This document shows positions 23,701 to 35,175 of a stretch of 64,000 bases of DNA, one piece after another. The DNA is from Scenedesmus sp. PABB004 (Eukaryota). Both the position numbers and the translations under genes were made by a program. The notes under the pieces were generated by a model. That model ran no database searches, was not told the DNA's origin, and worked only from the letters and a program-made list of their open reading frames with translations. Position 1 is the stretch's first letter. Each line of letters begins with the position of its first letter. The DNA is taken from assembly GCA_014905635.1 (NCBI GenBank), contig JABVCE010000015.1, positions 620,001-684,000 on the forward strand, in the 5' to 3' direction.

Positions 23701-25358
23701 CCGATGATGTCGAACCCGCGCGCGCCCGCCCACCAGCTGTGCACGGCGCAGCCGCGGCCGACCAGGCGCGCGGCGAGCCGCGCCGCGGCGACGAGGCCGC
23801 CCGCCGGCATGGCGGCGCCCTGGGCCTGCAGCAGGCCGGTGAGGCGCAGATAGGCTCGCATCAGCTGCTTCAGCTTCCAGCCGTGCTGCTGCTGGGGCGC
23901 CGCGTCCGGGGCGCCGCCGTCGGCGCCGGCGACCCGCTGCGCCGCGCCGCCGCGCTCCGCGGCGCCGGCGCGCCCCGGGCGGCGCGCCGGCGCGCCGGGC
24001 GCGGCGCCGAGCGCGTCGCGCGCCGGGCCACCCCACTCGCGCGGGCGCCGCGCCGCCGACGGCGGGCCGGCCGCCGTGGCGTCACGATAGAACGCTGCGA
24101 GCTCCTCGTCGGTCAGGCGGCGCGGCCGGCCGTCGGCGCAGCGCTCGGCGCGCAGGCAGTCGACGAGCCACCAGCTCACGAGGCACTCGAGCCGCTCCAG
24201 CGCCGCCGCGGTGACGGCGGGCGTGAAGCTGCGGCCCTGTGCCGCGACGACGAGCGTGACCTGCCACGGGTGCTCCGCCGCGGCGAGGCGCGCCAGCAGC
24301 ATGGCCTCGTCCTGTGGGCCCTCGCGCTGCTGCTGCTGCTGCTCCTGCTGCTGCGGCGGCGGCGGCGGCTGCTCCGCCGCACCCTGCCGCCGCGCGTCGC
24401 GACGCTGGCGCTCTGCGAGCTGCCGCTGCAGCTGCTCCAGCGCGCCGCCCGGCGGCGCCAGCGGCGCGCTGGCGCGGTCGCCGCGTGCCATGGACGGCTC
24501 GCGCGCGCTCCACGCCAGCTGCCCGCCCCCTGCGACCGCGTCGGCCGGCGGCGGCGGCGGCTCCAACAGGCTCCAGCCCAACGCGTCGCCTGCCGGCTCT
24601 GCCGCCAGCCCCGGCAACGGGGCCAGGCCGCCGGCTGCGGTGGCGGCGGCGGTGGCCGCTGCCGCCGCCACCTGCTCCGACAGGCTCCAGGGCAGCGTGT
24701 CGGGCGGCTGGGTGAGTGCAAGCTCCGCCGCGCCGCCTAGCGCACGCTGCGCCGGCTGCGCCTGCTCGTGCGCCTGCTCCTGCGCCTGCTGGTGCCGCTC
24801 GCGCGCGTCCTGGAAGCGCCAGCGGATGGCGCCGCCGCCGCTGGCGGGGCTGACGCGCTCAGGCGGCGCCGCGATGAGCGCGGACGCCGAGTGCCCGCCC
24901 GGCGCGCCCGCGCGGCGGCTGGGGCTGCGGCTGCGGATGGCGCTGCGGGGGATGACGGCCGGCAGGCCTGCGCTGCCGGGGATGGCGGTCGGCAGGCCTG
25001 CGGGGCGGTGCGGCGCGGCGCGCGCGTGTGCCGGCCCGCGGCGGCTGGCGCTGCTGCCGCCGCTGGCCGCGCTCGCACCTGCCACGCCCGCGAAGCTCCA
25101 CTCCGGCGGCGCGCCGCGGCGCACGAGCACCTGAATCTGAAACTGCCGGCCGTTGGGCAGGCACACCGTGAGCGGCGCGGCGTCGGCGGGCGGCGCCGCG
25201 CCCGCCTGCTGCTGCACGGCCGCCGCGCCACCGCCGCCGCCGGCGGCGGCCGCGGCGTGCGCCGTGGAGCGCCGGTCGTGGCTGAGTGGCCCGGGTGCTG
25301 CGCCAGGGCCGCGGGTCCGGCCCAGCGGGCGCCCCTGGTGCGCGGGCGGCAGCACCAT
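20720..25358 (-). CDS. Large alpha-solenoid (OPR/RAP-like) protein, putative organellar RNA-binding; apparent frameshifts near 23060 and 22720
   Basis: Repeats ELPHLAWAAAALGLRDEPLVDAL, PRSLAGAAWALAALRRP, CQELSMLLHVAAEW and CLTQLMWAYAAA resemble OPR units. The start codon is uncertain. Confidence 0.65.
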
Positions 25359-25643
25359 CCCGGCGCAGCCCGCGCGGCCGCGGCCGATCAAGGCGCGCCG
25401 CCAACGGCCATGCGTGCGACGAGCTTGCGTCGCGTCGGGCGCGAACGGCCACCGCCCGGCGCTCCTGGGCCGCTGCTTGCTGCCGCCGCTGCTGCTGGCG
25501 GCGGCGGCGAGGCGAGTCGCGTGTGCGGGCCAAGGAGCCTGGGTGTGGAAGGCTGGCAGCGGTGGCGACCGGCACGGCTGGGGCGCAGCGCGCGCAGAGC
25601 CGCGCCCCCTCGACACGCGGGCGCCGCAGTCACACGGCGCGCC

Positions 25644-26489
25644 TCAGCACACGCCCTTGAGGCAGGTCAGCGCGATCTTCCCGCCCCCGCGGCCCGCTCG
25701 GGGGTCGTAGCTAAAGGCAGCGTCCTCGCCGTGGGCGCCCTCCCACCGACCGATGCCGCCTGCGCACGGCGCGCCGCGGCACGCGGTGGCGGCGTCAGCG
25801 AACGGCACGCGGTGGCCCCGGCCAGCTGCCTCGCGCGGCGCGCGGGCGCCCACCTGCAATGACCAGTCTGGCGCGTACGGGGCGGCCCTCGGGGCCGACC
25901 ACCTCGGTGGCGTGCGCGGTCATCGTGGAGCCGTCAGTGAAATCCAGGTGCTTCGTGCACACCGCGACCCATTCGCCCGGCGCCGCGCCGCGCGCCACGA
26001 CGTGGCAGTGCCCGCTGAAGTGCCCGAGCGGCTGCCCGCTGCGGCGCGGGGGTGCAATGTGGCGGCGGCGGCGTCGGCCGTCAGGCGGCCTGCAGGCACG
26101 GGGGTGCGGCGCTCTCCTGCAGCCCCCGCGGCGCGAGACTCACGTGGCGGCGTCTGACATCGCGTACCGAAACACCAGCTGCGCGCCGACGCCCCATGCG
26201 CCCGGCGTGCCGTCCGGCCCAAACACATTGGGTCGGCCTGCGCGTGCGGCGGCGCGCTGGCAGCTGAGCGGTGGCGCGCTGGCGGCCGCGACCGCGGCGG
26301 AAGCGGCGCAGGCGCACCGCTTATCGTGTAGCTCACGGTGGCGTGAACTTTGCGGGCCGCTGCGGCCGCAGGCCTGAGCGCCAGCAGCGCCAGCAGCAGC
26401 AGCCAGGCTGCGGCGCCAGCACCAGGGCGCCGCTCGGCTCGGCGACCAGCGGCCCCGCTGCCGCGCCCGCGGGTGCTCCGAGCTCCCAT
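25644..26489 (-). CDS. Secreted dirigent/allene-oxide-cyclase-like beta-barrel protein (4 exons: 26489-26318, 26237-26144, 26038-25854, 25759-25644)
   Basis: Signal WLLLLALLALRPAAAA. Mature part ...GVGAQLVFRYAMSDAATGQPLGHFSGHCHVV...VCTKHLDFTDGSTMTAH...LVIAGGIGRWEGAHG matches the AOC/dirigent strand pattern and the IxGGTGxxxGAxG motif. Confidence 0.7.
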
Positions 26490-27000
26490 GCGCGTGCACG
26501 CTGTGAACTGGGCGCAGGGCGCACCAGGAGGAGCTCGCCGCGGGGCGCGGCGCCGCGTTGGAGGGCTCGCTGCTGGCGACTGCTGGCAAGTGGGACGCTG
26601 CGTGCCAGCGTGGGAAGACGTCAACAGTCTGGCTCAGCAGCTGCGACGGTGGCTCAATCGGACGCTGCAGCGGCGCGGCGGCGCAGCAGCGACGAAAACC
26701 TTGTCGCGACGCGCCGACCGCCGCCGCCTGCACCCCCAGCACCGCTCACAGCTCGTGTCCGGCGTGCTCGCCGCGGTGACATCTCCGACACCCCCATTCC
26801 GCCCACGCCGACGGCTCGGCCAACCGCCGCGCAGCGAGCAGCGAGCAGCGGGGCCGGCGCGCCGCGCCGCGGCATGTGATCGGCCCGCCCGGCCCGCCGT
26901 GAGCAGCGGGCGCGACGACTCGACGCACCGCGCGGCGGGGCTCGGCAGCGGCGGCCGGCGCGGCGGCGGCGGCGCGCGCGCGGGCAGCAGACGTGCCGCG

Positions 27001-30000
27001 ATGGCGGCGCAGCCCGTGGACTGGCGCGCCGTGGACGCCGCCCTGGCGGCGGTAGCGCCCGAGTTCAAGGACCCAAAGTTCTACGCCCTCAAGCACGTGG
27101 TCGACATCCTCACCGCGCCCAACCCGCAGGCGCTCGTCGCGCAGGTCCGGGCCTCGCCGCCGCCGCCCGCGGCGCCGCCGCGCGGGCGTGCCTGGCGCCG
27201 CGCGCCGCCCGCCCACCGCCCCGGCCCCGCCGCGCCGGCCCGTGCGCGCAGCTGCGCGACCAGGAGGCGGTGCTCGCCGCGCTCGTTGACACCATGGTGT
27301 CCAGCTACCACGCGGGCTTTGCAAAGTCAATTCAAAACTACAGCCAGATCCTGCAGCTCTTCGGCGACGCCAAGGAGCAGGTGTGCGCGCCAGCGCGTGG
27401 ATCGATCAGTGCTGCGGCGGCCGCCCGGCCCGGCCCGGCAGCCGGCGCGGCGGCGGCGGCGCCCGCCCAGCGGCCCGGCGGTGGCGGCGGCGGCGGCGGC
27501 GCCGGCGGCGGCGGCCGAGCGCCCGCGCGCGCGTCACAGGTGGACGGCCTGAAGACGGCGCTGGCCGACGCGAGCCGGCAGCTGAGCAGCCAGTCGCGCA
27601 CGCTGCAGACGCAGGCGCGAGCAGGGGTCGGGGCGCGACCCGCGGCAGCGCCGGCGCGCGCGCAGCGGCAGCGCGCACAGCTGCCTGCCGCGGCAGGCGC
27701 CCGCCGGGGCACCCGCCGAACGCGCGCTGCCGCTGCTGTGCCGCCGGGGCGCAGTGGCGTAAGAGCCTCACGCTCGAGGCGTCGGTGAAGCTGCTGGACG
27801 ACGTACAGGTCGTGGCTGACGCGCCGGGGCGCATCGGCGAGGCGCTGGCCGCCAAGGCACGTGCGCTGCGCGCCGCGCCGCCCTTGGCGGCGCCTCACGC
27901 TCAACCCTTCTCAGCGCAGCGCCGGCGCCGCCGCCGCGCTGAATCTGCCGCCGCCGCCGCCGGGCGCAGGACTGGTCGGCCGCGGTGTCGATTCTGCTCG
28001 AGGCGTGCGCGCTGCTGGTGCGGGAGGAGCTGACCAAGGTGCGGCGCGGCGCGCGGGGCGGCGGTGGCCGAGGCTGGTGCGGTTCCGGGCCTCAAGGGTG
28101 CCGCCGCGCCCCCCGCAGGTGGGCGCGCTGCGCAAGCTGCGCCACGACACGCTGACGACGTGCCTCAGCATCCAGGCGCAGCTGCTGGACGAGCTGCACG
28201 CCCGCGTGTACGCCAGCAGCGGAGCAGCGGCCGCGGCGGCGGCCGCGGCGGCGGCCGCGGCGGCGGCAGCGGCCGCGGCGGGCGGCGGCGCCGCGCTGCA
28301 CGGCGCCGCACTCTACGCCGGGCCGCGGCGCCGGCTCGGCGGCGGCGGCGGCATCGACCGGCGGCTTCTGAAGGACAAGGCGGGCGGCCTGCAGCAGCAG
28401 GTGCGGGCCGGCGCGTGGCGTGTGCCGCGCGGCGTGTGCCGCGGGCGGCAGGGGCGGGGCAGCGCGGGCGGGCGGCGCGCCGGTCCGCGCGCGCCGCGAT
28501 CGCCGCCGCGCCCGCACCCCGCGCGCAGGCCGGCGGCCAGCTGTCGCCCGTGCCCGGCTCGCCGCGCACGCCGCGCTCGCCGGGCTCGCCGCGGTCGCCG
28601 GCGCCGGCCGCGCCGACCACGCCGCGCGCCGGCGGCGGGGGCTCGGCGCCGGCCACGCCCGGCGCGGGCGGCATGCCGTCGTTCGTGCTCGACGCGCTGC
28701 TGGGCGAGGGCGGCGGCGGCGGGCGCTGCGTGTCGCGCTGCGCCGGCGTCGCGGAGCTCGTCACCTGCCTGGGCAGCCTGGACGCGCTGGATGCGGCAAA
28801 GGCCCACCTCATGTCCCACGCGCGCGCGGCGCTGCGTCGAATGGTGCTCGAGGTGCGGCGCGCCCCCGCCCCCGCCCCCGCCCGCGCCCCGCGCGCCGCG
28901 CACCGCGGCCGCGCGGCGCGCCCGCCCGCCGCGCGTCACCGGCGGCGCCTGACGCCCGCCCGTGCGCGCGCGGCGCGCAGGTGGTGGAGTCGTGGGCGTC
29001 CGCGCAGGAGGAGGCGGGCGCCACGCTCGCGCAGCAGCGCGGCCTCGCGGCCACCGCGAGCGCGGCGGCGGGCGGCGAGCTGGGCTGGAGCGTGCGCGGC
29101 CTGATGGCGGCCACCGGTGCGGCGGGCACGCCCCGGAAGGGGGGCCTGGGAGGGCGCTGCGCCTGCGTGCGCACGGGCGCGGCCGGCGCCGCACCCACCG
29201 CCTGCCGGCGCTCGCCCCGTGCCCATGCCGCGCCGCAGCCTCCAGCGCCGGCGCGCCCGGCGCCGCCAGCCGCAAGCAGGCCTGGACGGTGCCGCCGGCG
29301 GTGCAGGGCGCCGCGCAGCGTCTGCTCGCCGCTGTGTTTGACGCCTGCCTGCGGTCGCTCGCCAACCTCGGCTCCCTCCTGCACGAGCTTGCCGAGGCCG
29401 GCGGCGCCGGCGGCGAGCAAGCGCCCGCGGGCGGCCGCGGCGCGGCGCGTGGCGCGGCCGGCGGCGCGGGGCGCAGCAACAAGAGCAAGGTGAGTTACCC
29501 GGGCAGCCCGACGAAGCACCAGGCGGCGGCGGCGGCGCAGCCGCAGCCGCAGCAGCGGCCGCCCGGCGCCAGCAACGCGCTCGCGGCGCTCAAGTCGCAG
29601 CTGGCGGCGGCCGGCGGCGGCGGTGGCGGCGCCGCCGAGCCGGGCGGCGCGCTGCAGCCGGCGGCGGGCGGCGGCCTGCGCGCGTCGCCGAGCAGCGACG
29701 GCCTGCGGGCCTCGCCGAGCGGCGGCAGCCTGCTGGCGCGCGGCAGCGCGGGCAGCGCAAGCTCAGGCAGCCTGGCGGCGGCCGGCGGCGGCGCCGGCGG
29801 CCCTGCGGACCTTGTCGAGGGCCTCGGCACTGCTGAGTACCTGCGGCTGCAGGTGGGTGCGCGGGCGGGAGGTTTTTGCCGCTGCGCGCCCGCCGCGCGC
29901 GCGCGGACGCGCGCGCCGGCAGCAGCCCCGCGGCGGCGCCAGGGCGCCTCCTCCTCACGGGCCTCTGCCCGCGCGCCGCAGGTGGGACACGTGTGGAATG

Positions 30001-33000
30001 AGATGCAGGGCGAGGTCCTGCTGCTGCTCGCCGAGCTGCTGCGCGCGTCGCTGCGGGGCGCGGCCGGCGCCGACGGCGGCGGCGGGAGGTGAGGCGGCAC
30101 GGCCGCGCGGCGCGCGCGCGCTGGCTTGACAGCGCGTGCGGGGCGCTTGCCCTGACGCGCCGCCCGCCCCGCCTGCCCCCGTGCGCAGGCAGGGCGGCTG
30201 GCTGTCGGAGTTTGCTGAGCTCGGCGAGCGCGCCAAGGGGCAGCTGCTGTCCGCCACCGGCAGCATCGCCGCCAGCGCCGGCGCGAGCAGCGCCAGCACG
30301 AGCAGCGGCGGCGCGGGCGGCGGGCCGCCCGCGGCGTCGGGCGGCAGCGGCAGCGGCAGCGCGGGCCGGCGCGGCGCGCAGGCGCCGCCGCTCGGCCTCG
30401 CCGGCGGCGGCGCGGCAGGCCTCGGCGCGGCGGGCGGCTCGCAGCTGGCGTTCACCTTTGACGTCACGTCGGCCGAGCTCGCCAGCGCCGCGGCCGGCGC
30501 GTCCGCGGGCGCCGCGCCGCCGCCCGCGCCCGGCGGCGGTGCGCCCGGCGGCGGCGCGCTCGGCGCGCTCGGCAGCGGCGGCGGCGCGCCGGCCGGCGGC
30601 GCGTCCGTGCTCGCGGTCGGGCTCGGCCGCGACAGCCTCAGCTACGCCGCCCTGCTGCACCGCGGCTTTGCCGGCGCGGCGGGCGGGCCCTACCTCACGC
30701 CGACGGGTGCGGCTGGCGGGGGGGCAGCTGGGGTGCATTTGGCGGGCCGGCCGCGCCGCCGCCGCGCCCGCCGCCGCGCGCTCGACCGCCGCCGCCCGCC
30801 GCCGCTCCCCCCTCCCCCTCCCGGCGCCAGTGTACCTCGCCGTGAGCACCTTTGAGTCGGACGCCCTGTCCGTCGTCGCCGACGCCGCCGCGCTGCCGGC
30901 GCCGCCGGGCGGCGGCGGCGGCGACGGCGCCACGAACGCGCACCAGGCCGCGCTGCTCGCCGTCGCCGGCGACGCGGCGCTGTCGCGCGGCTGGCTGCGG
31001 CAGTCGCTCGAGGATTTCGTGCTGTCCAGCTTCCTGCCCCAAGTCTGGGTCGACCTGCGCGGGCGGTGCACGGCCGCGCTGGAGGACCCAGACGCCTTCC
31101 GCCCGCAGCTCGCCGGCGGCGCGCACGTGCGCAGCCCGTCGCTGCAAAACCTGGCGGCCCTGTCGGCGGCGGCGGCGCCGCCGCCGCCCGCCGGCGCCGG
31201 CGCGGCGGCGCCGGGCGGCGTCGCGCTGCTGCCGCCGCCGCGCAGCGTCATGTCGGCGGCCGGCTTTGCGTGCGCCGTAGCGCTCGAGGTGTCCGCGTGG
31301 CTGCCGGCCATGCCGCGCAGCGCGGGGGGCATGCTGGCGGGCGTGCTCGAGGCGACGCTCGGCCAGGTGCTGGCGGCGATGGCCGGCCACGCCGCCGGCT
31401 GCCTCGCCGGCGCGCGCGCGGGCGCTCGCACTGCACCCCGGCCTCGCGCTCGCGATGGCGGGCGAGCCCGACGCGGTGCTGATGCACCCAGAGCAGGCGG
31501 TCGCGTTCTGCGTCCCCGCCGCCGCCGCCCCCGGCCCCGCCGCCGGCGAGCCCGGCGGCGGCGGCGACTGGGCGGGCGCGTGGGGCGCGGCCGCCGGCGG
31601 CGGCTGGGACCCCGCGGCCTTCGCGGCCGCGCTCAAGTCGGCGGGTGCGGCGCGGCCGCCGCCCGGCGGGGCAGAGGGGCGGGGCGGCTTGGCGCGGCAG
31701 GCGGGGGCGCCGCGCGCGCGCGCGCGCCTGTTTGTCTCCTCCAGCGAGCGCCGCCCCGTGTGCCGCCGCAGACAAGCCGGCGCTCGTCCCGGGGTTTTAC
31801 CGGCCGGCGCAGAAGGTGAGCGGGCGGCGCGGCGCGCGTGCGACCGCCGCGCCGGGCGCGCACATGGGCGCCCCGCTGGCGGCGCTGCCCCGCCGCGGCC
31901 GGCGCCGCGCCCCCGCCTCCCGCCGCCGACCCTGCCGCCCGCACGCCGCCGCCCCGGCCGGCCCGGCCCGCGCAGCTGCACGGCTTTGCGCTCGAGGGCG
32001 AGGCGGCGGCGGAGGAGGTGCTGCTGTTCCTGCTGCGCGAGCGCCCCGCCGCGCCCGACCAGCTGCTGTCCAGCGAGCGCCCGGGCGCGCTCGTGGGCCT
32101 CGCTGCGCTGAGCGAGAGCGCCGACTGGGTCGCGGACAACCTTGCGCAGATCGCGGCCGCCGCCGCGCCGGGTGGGTGCCGCGTGCGCGAGCCTCACGCG
32201 GGCTTCGCGCTGCGGCGCAGCGCGAGAGCTCGGCCGGCTGCGGGCCCTGCCCTCTCGCCACCTCAACCGCGCCCCCGCCCGCACCGCGCGCAGGCGGGCA
32301 GCTTGCGCCCGGCAGCTGGCTCGGGCGAGGCGCGGCGGGCAGCGCGGCGGGCGGCGACGGCAGTCCCACAGCCGGCGGCCGGGGGCGCGGCCGCGGCGCG
32401 AACAAGGGCGGCGCGGCGCCCGACGAGGCCGCGGTGTGCGAGGTCCTGCAGCAGCTCGCCGATCGGTTCCGCGGCTTTGGCGGCGCCTGCTGCCGCGCGG
32501 CGCGGCTCGACCTGCTGCTGCTCGCGGCGCAGCAGCTGCACGGCCTCGCGGCCGCGGGCCACGTGTGCGACGACGACGACGTCATGGAGGTGCGGCGGGG
32601 CCGCCACGTCAGCGGCGAGCTGCCGCTCCCCTAAACCCAAGCGCTCAGCCCAGCTCGAGCGTTTCGGGCGCGGCAACCCTCGGGCGGCACCGGCGCGGGC
32701 GGCGGCGCGCCCGTCGGCCGACCCGCCGCCCCGCGCCGCCCTGCACCGCGCCGCAGGCGCACGCGGCAATCGGGGCCCTCTCCCGGCTCGCGAGCCGCGC
32801 CGCGGAGGAGGTGTCGCCGCACCTCGGGCAGCGCAAGCTCAACTATGTGCTCGGCGCTCTGCCTGGCGCGGGTGCGCCCTGCCGCGGCGCGGCGTGGGCT
32901 GGGCCCTACACCCCAACCCCCAAACCCCGCGCCCTCGGCCGCGCGGCGCCCCGCGCCGCCGCCGCCGCCGGCGCCGCCCACCCGCTGCTGCTCATCCCCG

Positions 33001-34100
33001 CGCGCGCCCGCGGCGGCGCGCCCGCAGCCGCGCGCTACGCGATGTGGGCGCTGGGTGATATCCCCGAAATCAACGCCAACGGCGTGGAGCGCATGGTCCG
33101 CTCGCTCGCGCTGCTGCAGGTGCGCTCGCCCGCCCGCGCGGCGCGCTCCCTCGCCGACCTCGCCGCGGCGGCGCGCCCGGGGTGGCGACCGCGCCCGACC
33201 GCCGCCGCCGCGACGCCGCCGCCGCGGCCGCGCAGGGCCCGCTGTGCGGGCTGGGCGCGTCGCCGGCGGGCGGCCTGGGCGCGCCCGGCGGCGCGCGGAG
33301 CGCCGCGCTGCCGGCAGGTGCGCCGCGCGCGCCGCGCCGCGCCGCGCGCGGCCTGCGCGCAGCCACGGCCCCCGCCACACGCCTCAATGCCCCGCCACGC
33401 GCCAGGCGGCGCCGCCGAGGTGGCGCGCGCGTACGACCGGGCGCGGAGCTACTACACGCTGGTCGGCCTGCCCGCGGGCGAGGTCGTGCGGCTCGCGGCG
33501 GAGCGGCCCACGCGGTTCAGCCTGCCGGAGTGGGAGGCGCTGCTGCAGGCGCGCGCCGCGCGGCGCCCGCGCGCGCGCCGCCGCCGCGCCCGCCGCCGCC
33601 GCCGCGTGACGAGGCGCGCCACTCTGCGCAGGTGCGCGTGCCGGGGCGGCCGGCGGACGAGCGGTCGCTCGCGGCGCTGCACCGCGCGCTGGACAAGACG
33701 TACCCCATCGGGGCGGGGCGCAAAGTCGCGGAGTTTCTGGGCGGCGTCAAGACCAGCGTGCAGGTCCGACCGGCGCGGTGGGAGGGGCTCAGGGGGGCGG
33801 CCCGAGGCGGGCTCTGCGCGCGCGTCGCGCGTGGCGGCGGCCGCCCGCGCGCGCTGACTGACGCGCCCCGGCGCCGGCGCCGCACCGCCTCTGTGCCCCC
33901 GCGGCGCGCAGGCGCCGGTGCAGGGCCTCGCCGGCAGCGTGTCGTCGGGGCTCAAGGGCGGCCTGGCGCAGGCCAAGACGCTGGTGAGCCGCGCGGCCGG
34001 CGCGGTGAGCGACGCGGCCGCCGGCGCGGCGAGCGCGGCCGCGGCGGCGGCGGAGAAGCGGCGCGGCGGCCGCGACGGCGGCGGCGGCGGCGGCGAGTGA
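27001..34100 (+). CDS. SEC8: Exocyst complex component SEC8 (EXOC4); many exons, apparent frameshift near 31420
   Basis: EFKDPKFYALKHVVDIL-LRDQ...VDTMVSSYHAGFAKSIQNYSQILQLF, WRKSLTL, LVREELTKVGAL, INANGVERMVRSLALLQ and YDRARSYYTL are characteristic of plant/algal Sec8. Confidence 0.92.
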
Positions 34101-34931
34101 GCGGCGGCGGTGGCCGCGCGGCGAGTAACGGGCTTGGTGCGTTGCAGGACCGCCGTCGCCGCTGGCTCCCGGGCGCAGTCACAGTCGCAGTGCGCGCATG
34201 TGGCAACGGTTCAGAACGACAGGCGGGCAAGAGGAAGCCAGTTTAAATGAAACGAGCGCTCCCCATCGGCGCGCGCGCCGGCGCGTGCGAGCTCCTGCCC
34301 ATTGGGGCAGCGCACGGTGCCCGGCCATGGCCAGCGGCCGGGCGCGCGCAGCCGAGGGGCGTCAGGGGAGGTGCGGCCATGCCATGGCCACCAGTGATGC
34401 GGGGGAGGGGTGCGATTGGTGACGCAGCGGTGAATTGATGTGTGAGCGACAGCCTGTGAAGGATGGCGTGATGTGGGGCCCCCCAGGGATTGTGTTGATG
34501 CTGAAGGTGCTGCACACACGCTTGGTCTCAATGACCAAGCCCGTCCAAGGCGCGCACGCACGCCCGCCGCGGGGCGCCGCCAGTTCAGTGCTGCGCGCCG
34601 CTGCGCAGCCGCGGTCCGGCCCGGGCACGCGCCCGCAGTTCGGTTGCGGGCGCGGTCGCAACCGCTCTTCGCCCAGTGCCGGCGTGGTGCTGGTGCGGCG
34701 CCGCCGCCTCGCGCGCGTGATGCTGCAGACGTGAGTACATCATTCATCATTTGTGACGCCCGCCCGTTAGGTTGCCGGCGGCGGAGTGCAGGATGCCCAC
34801 ACAGCTCAGATGACAATGCGATGCACAGCAGCAGGCCCCCGGCGCCGAGCCCGTATCTGCTCGACGCCCCGAGCTCGCGCGCGCCGGGGCGGCTGCGGGG
34901 GTCGCCCCGCGCGCGCAGCGCCCAGGCGGGC

Positions 34932-35135
34932 TCAGCCCGCGGCGCGCTGGGGGAAGCCCACCCTGAACACCAGGCCCAGCCCTGAGACGAGGTGCTGCGG
35001 TGGCGGAGGGGGCAAAGGCAGCGGCGGGCGGGCGAGGCGGCGTGAGGCGGCGCTGCGCCGGCGCGCGCGCGTGCGCGGGGGCACCGCGCCGCCGCCAGCC
35101 GTGGGCTGTGGGCGCAGGCTCACCCAGTCGATGCT

Positions 35136-35175
<40 letters not shown>

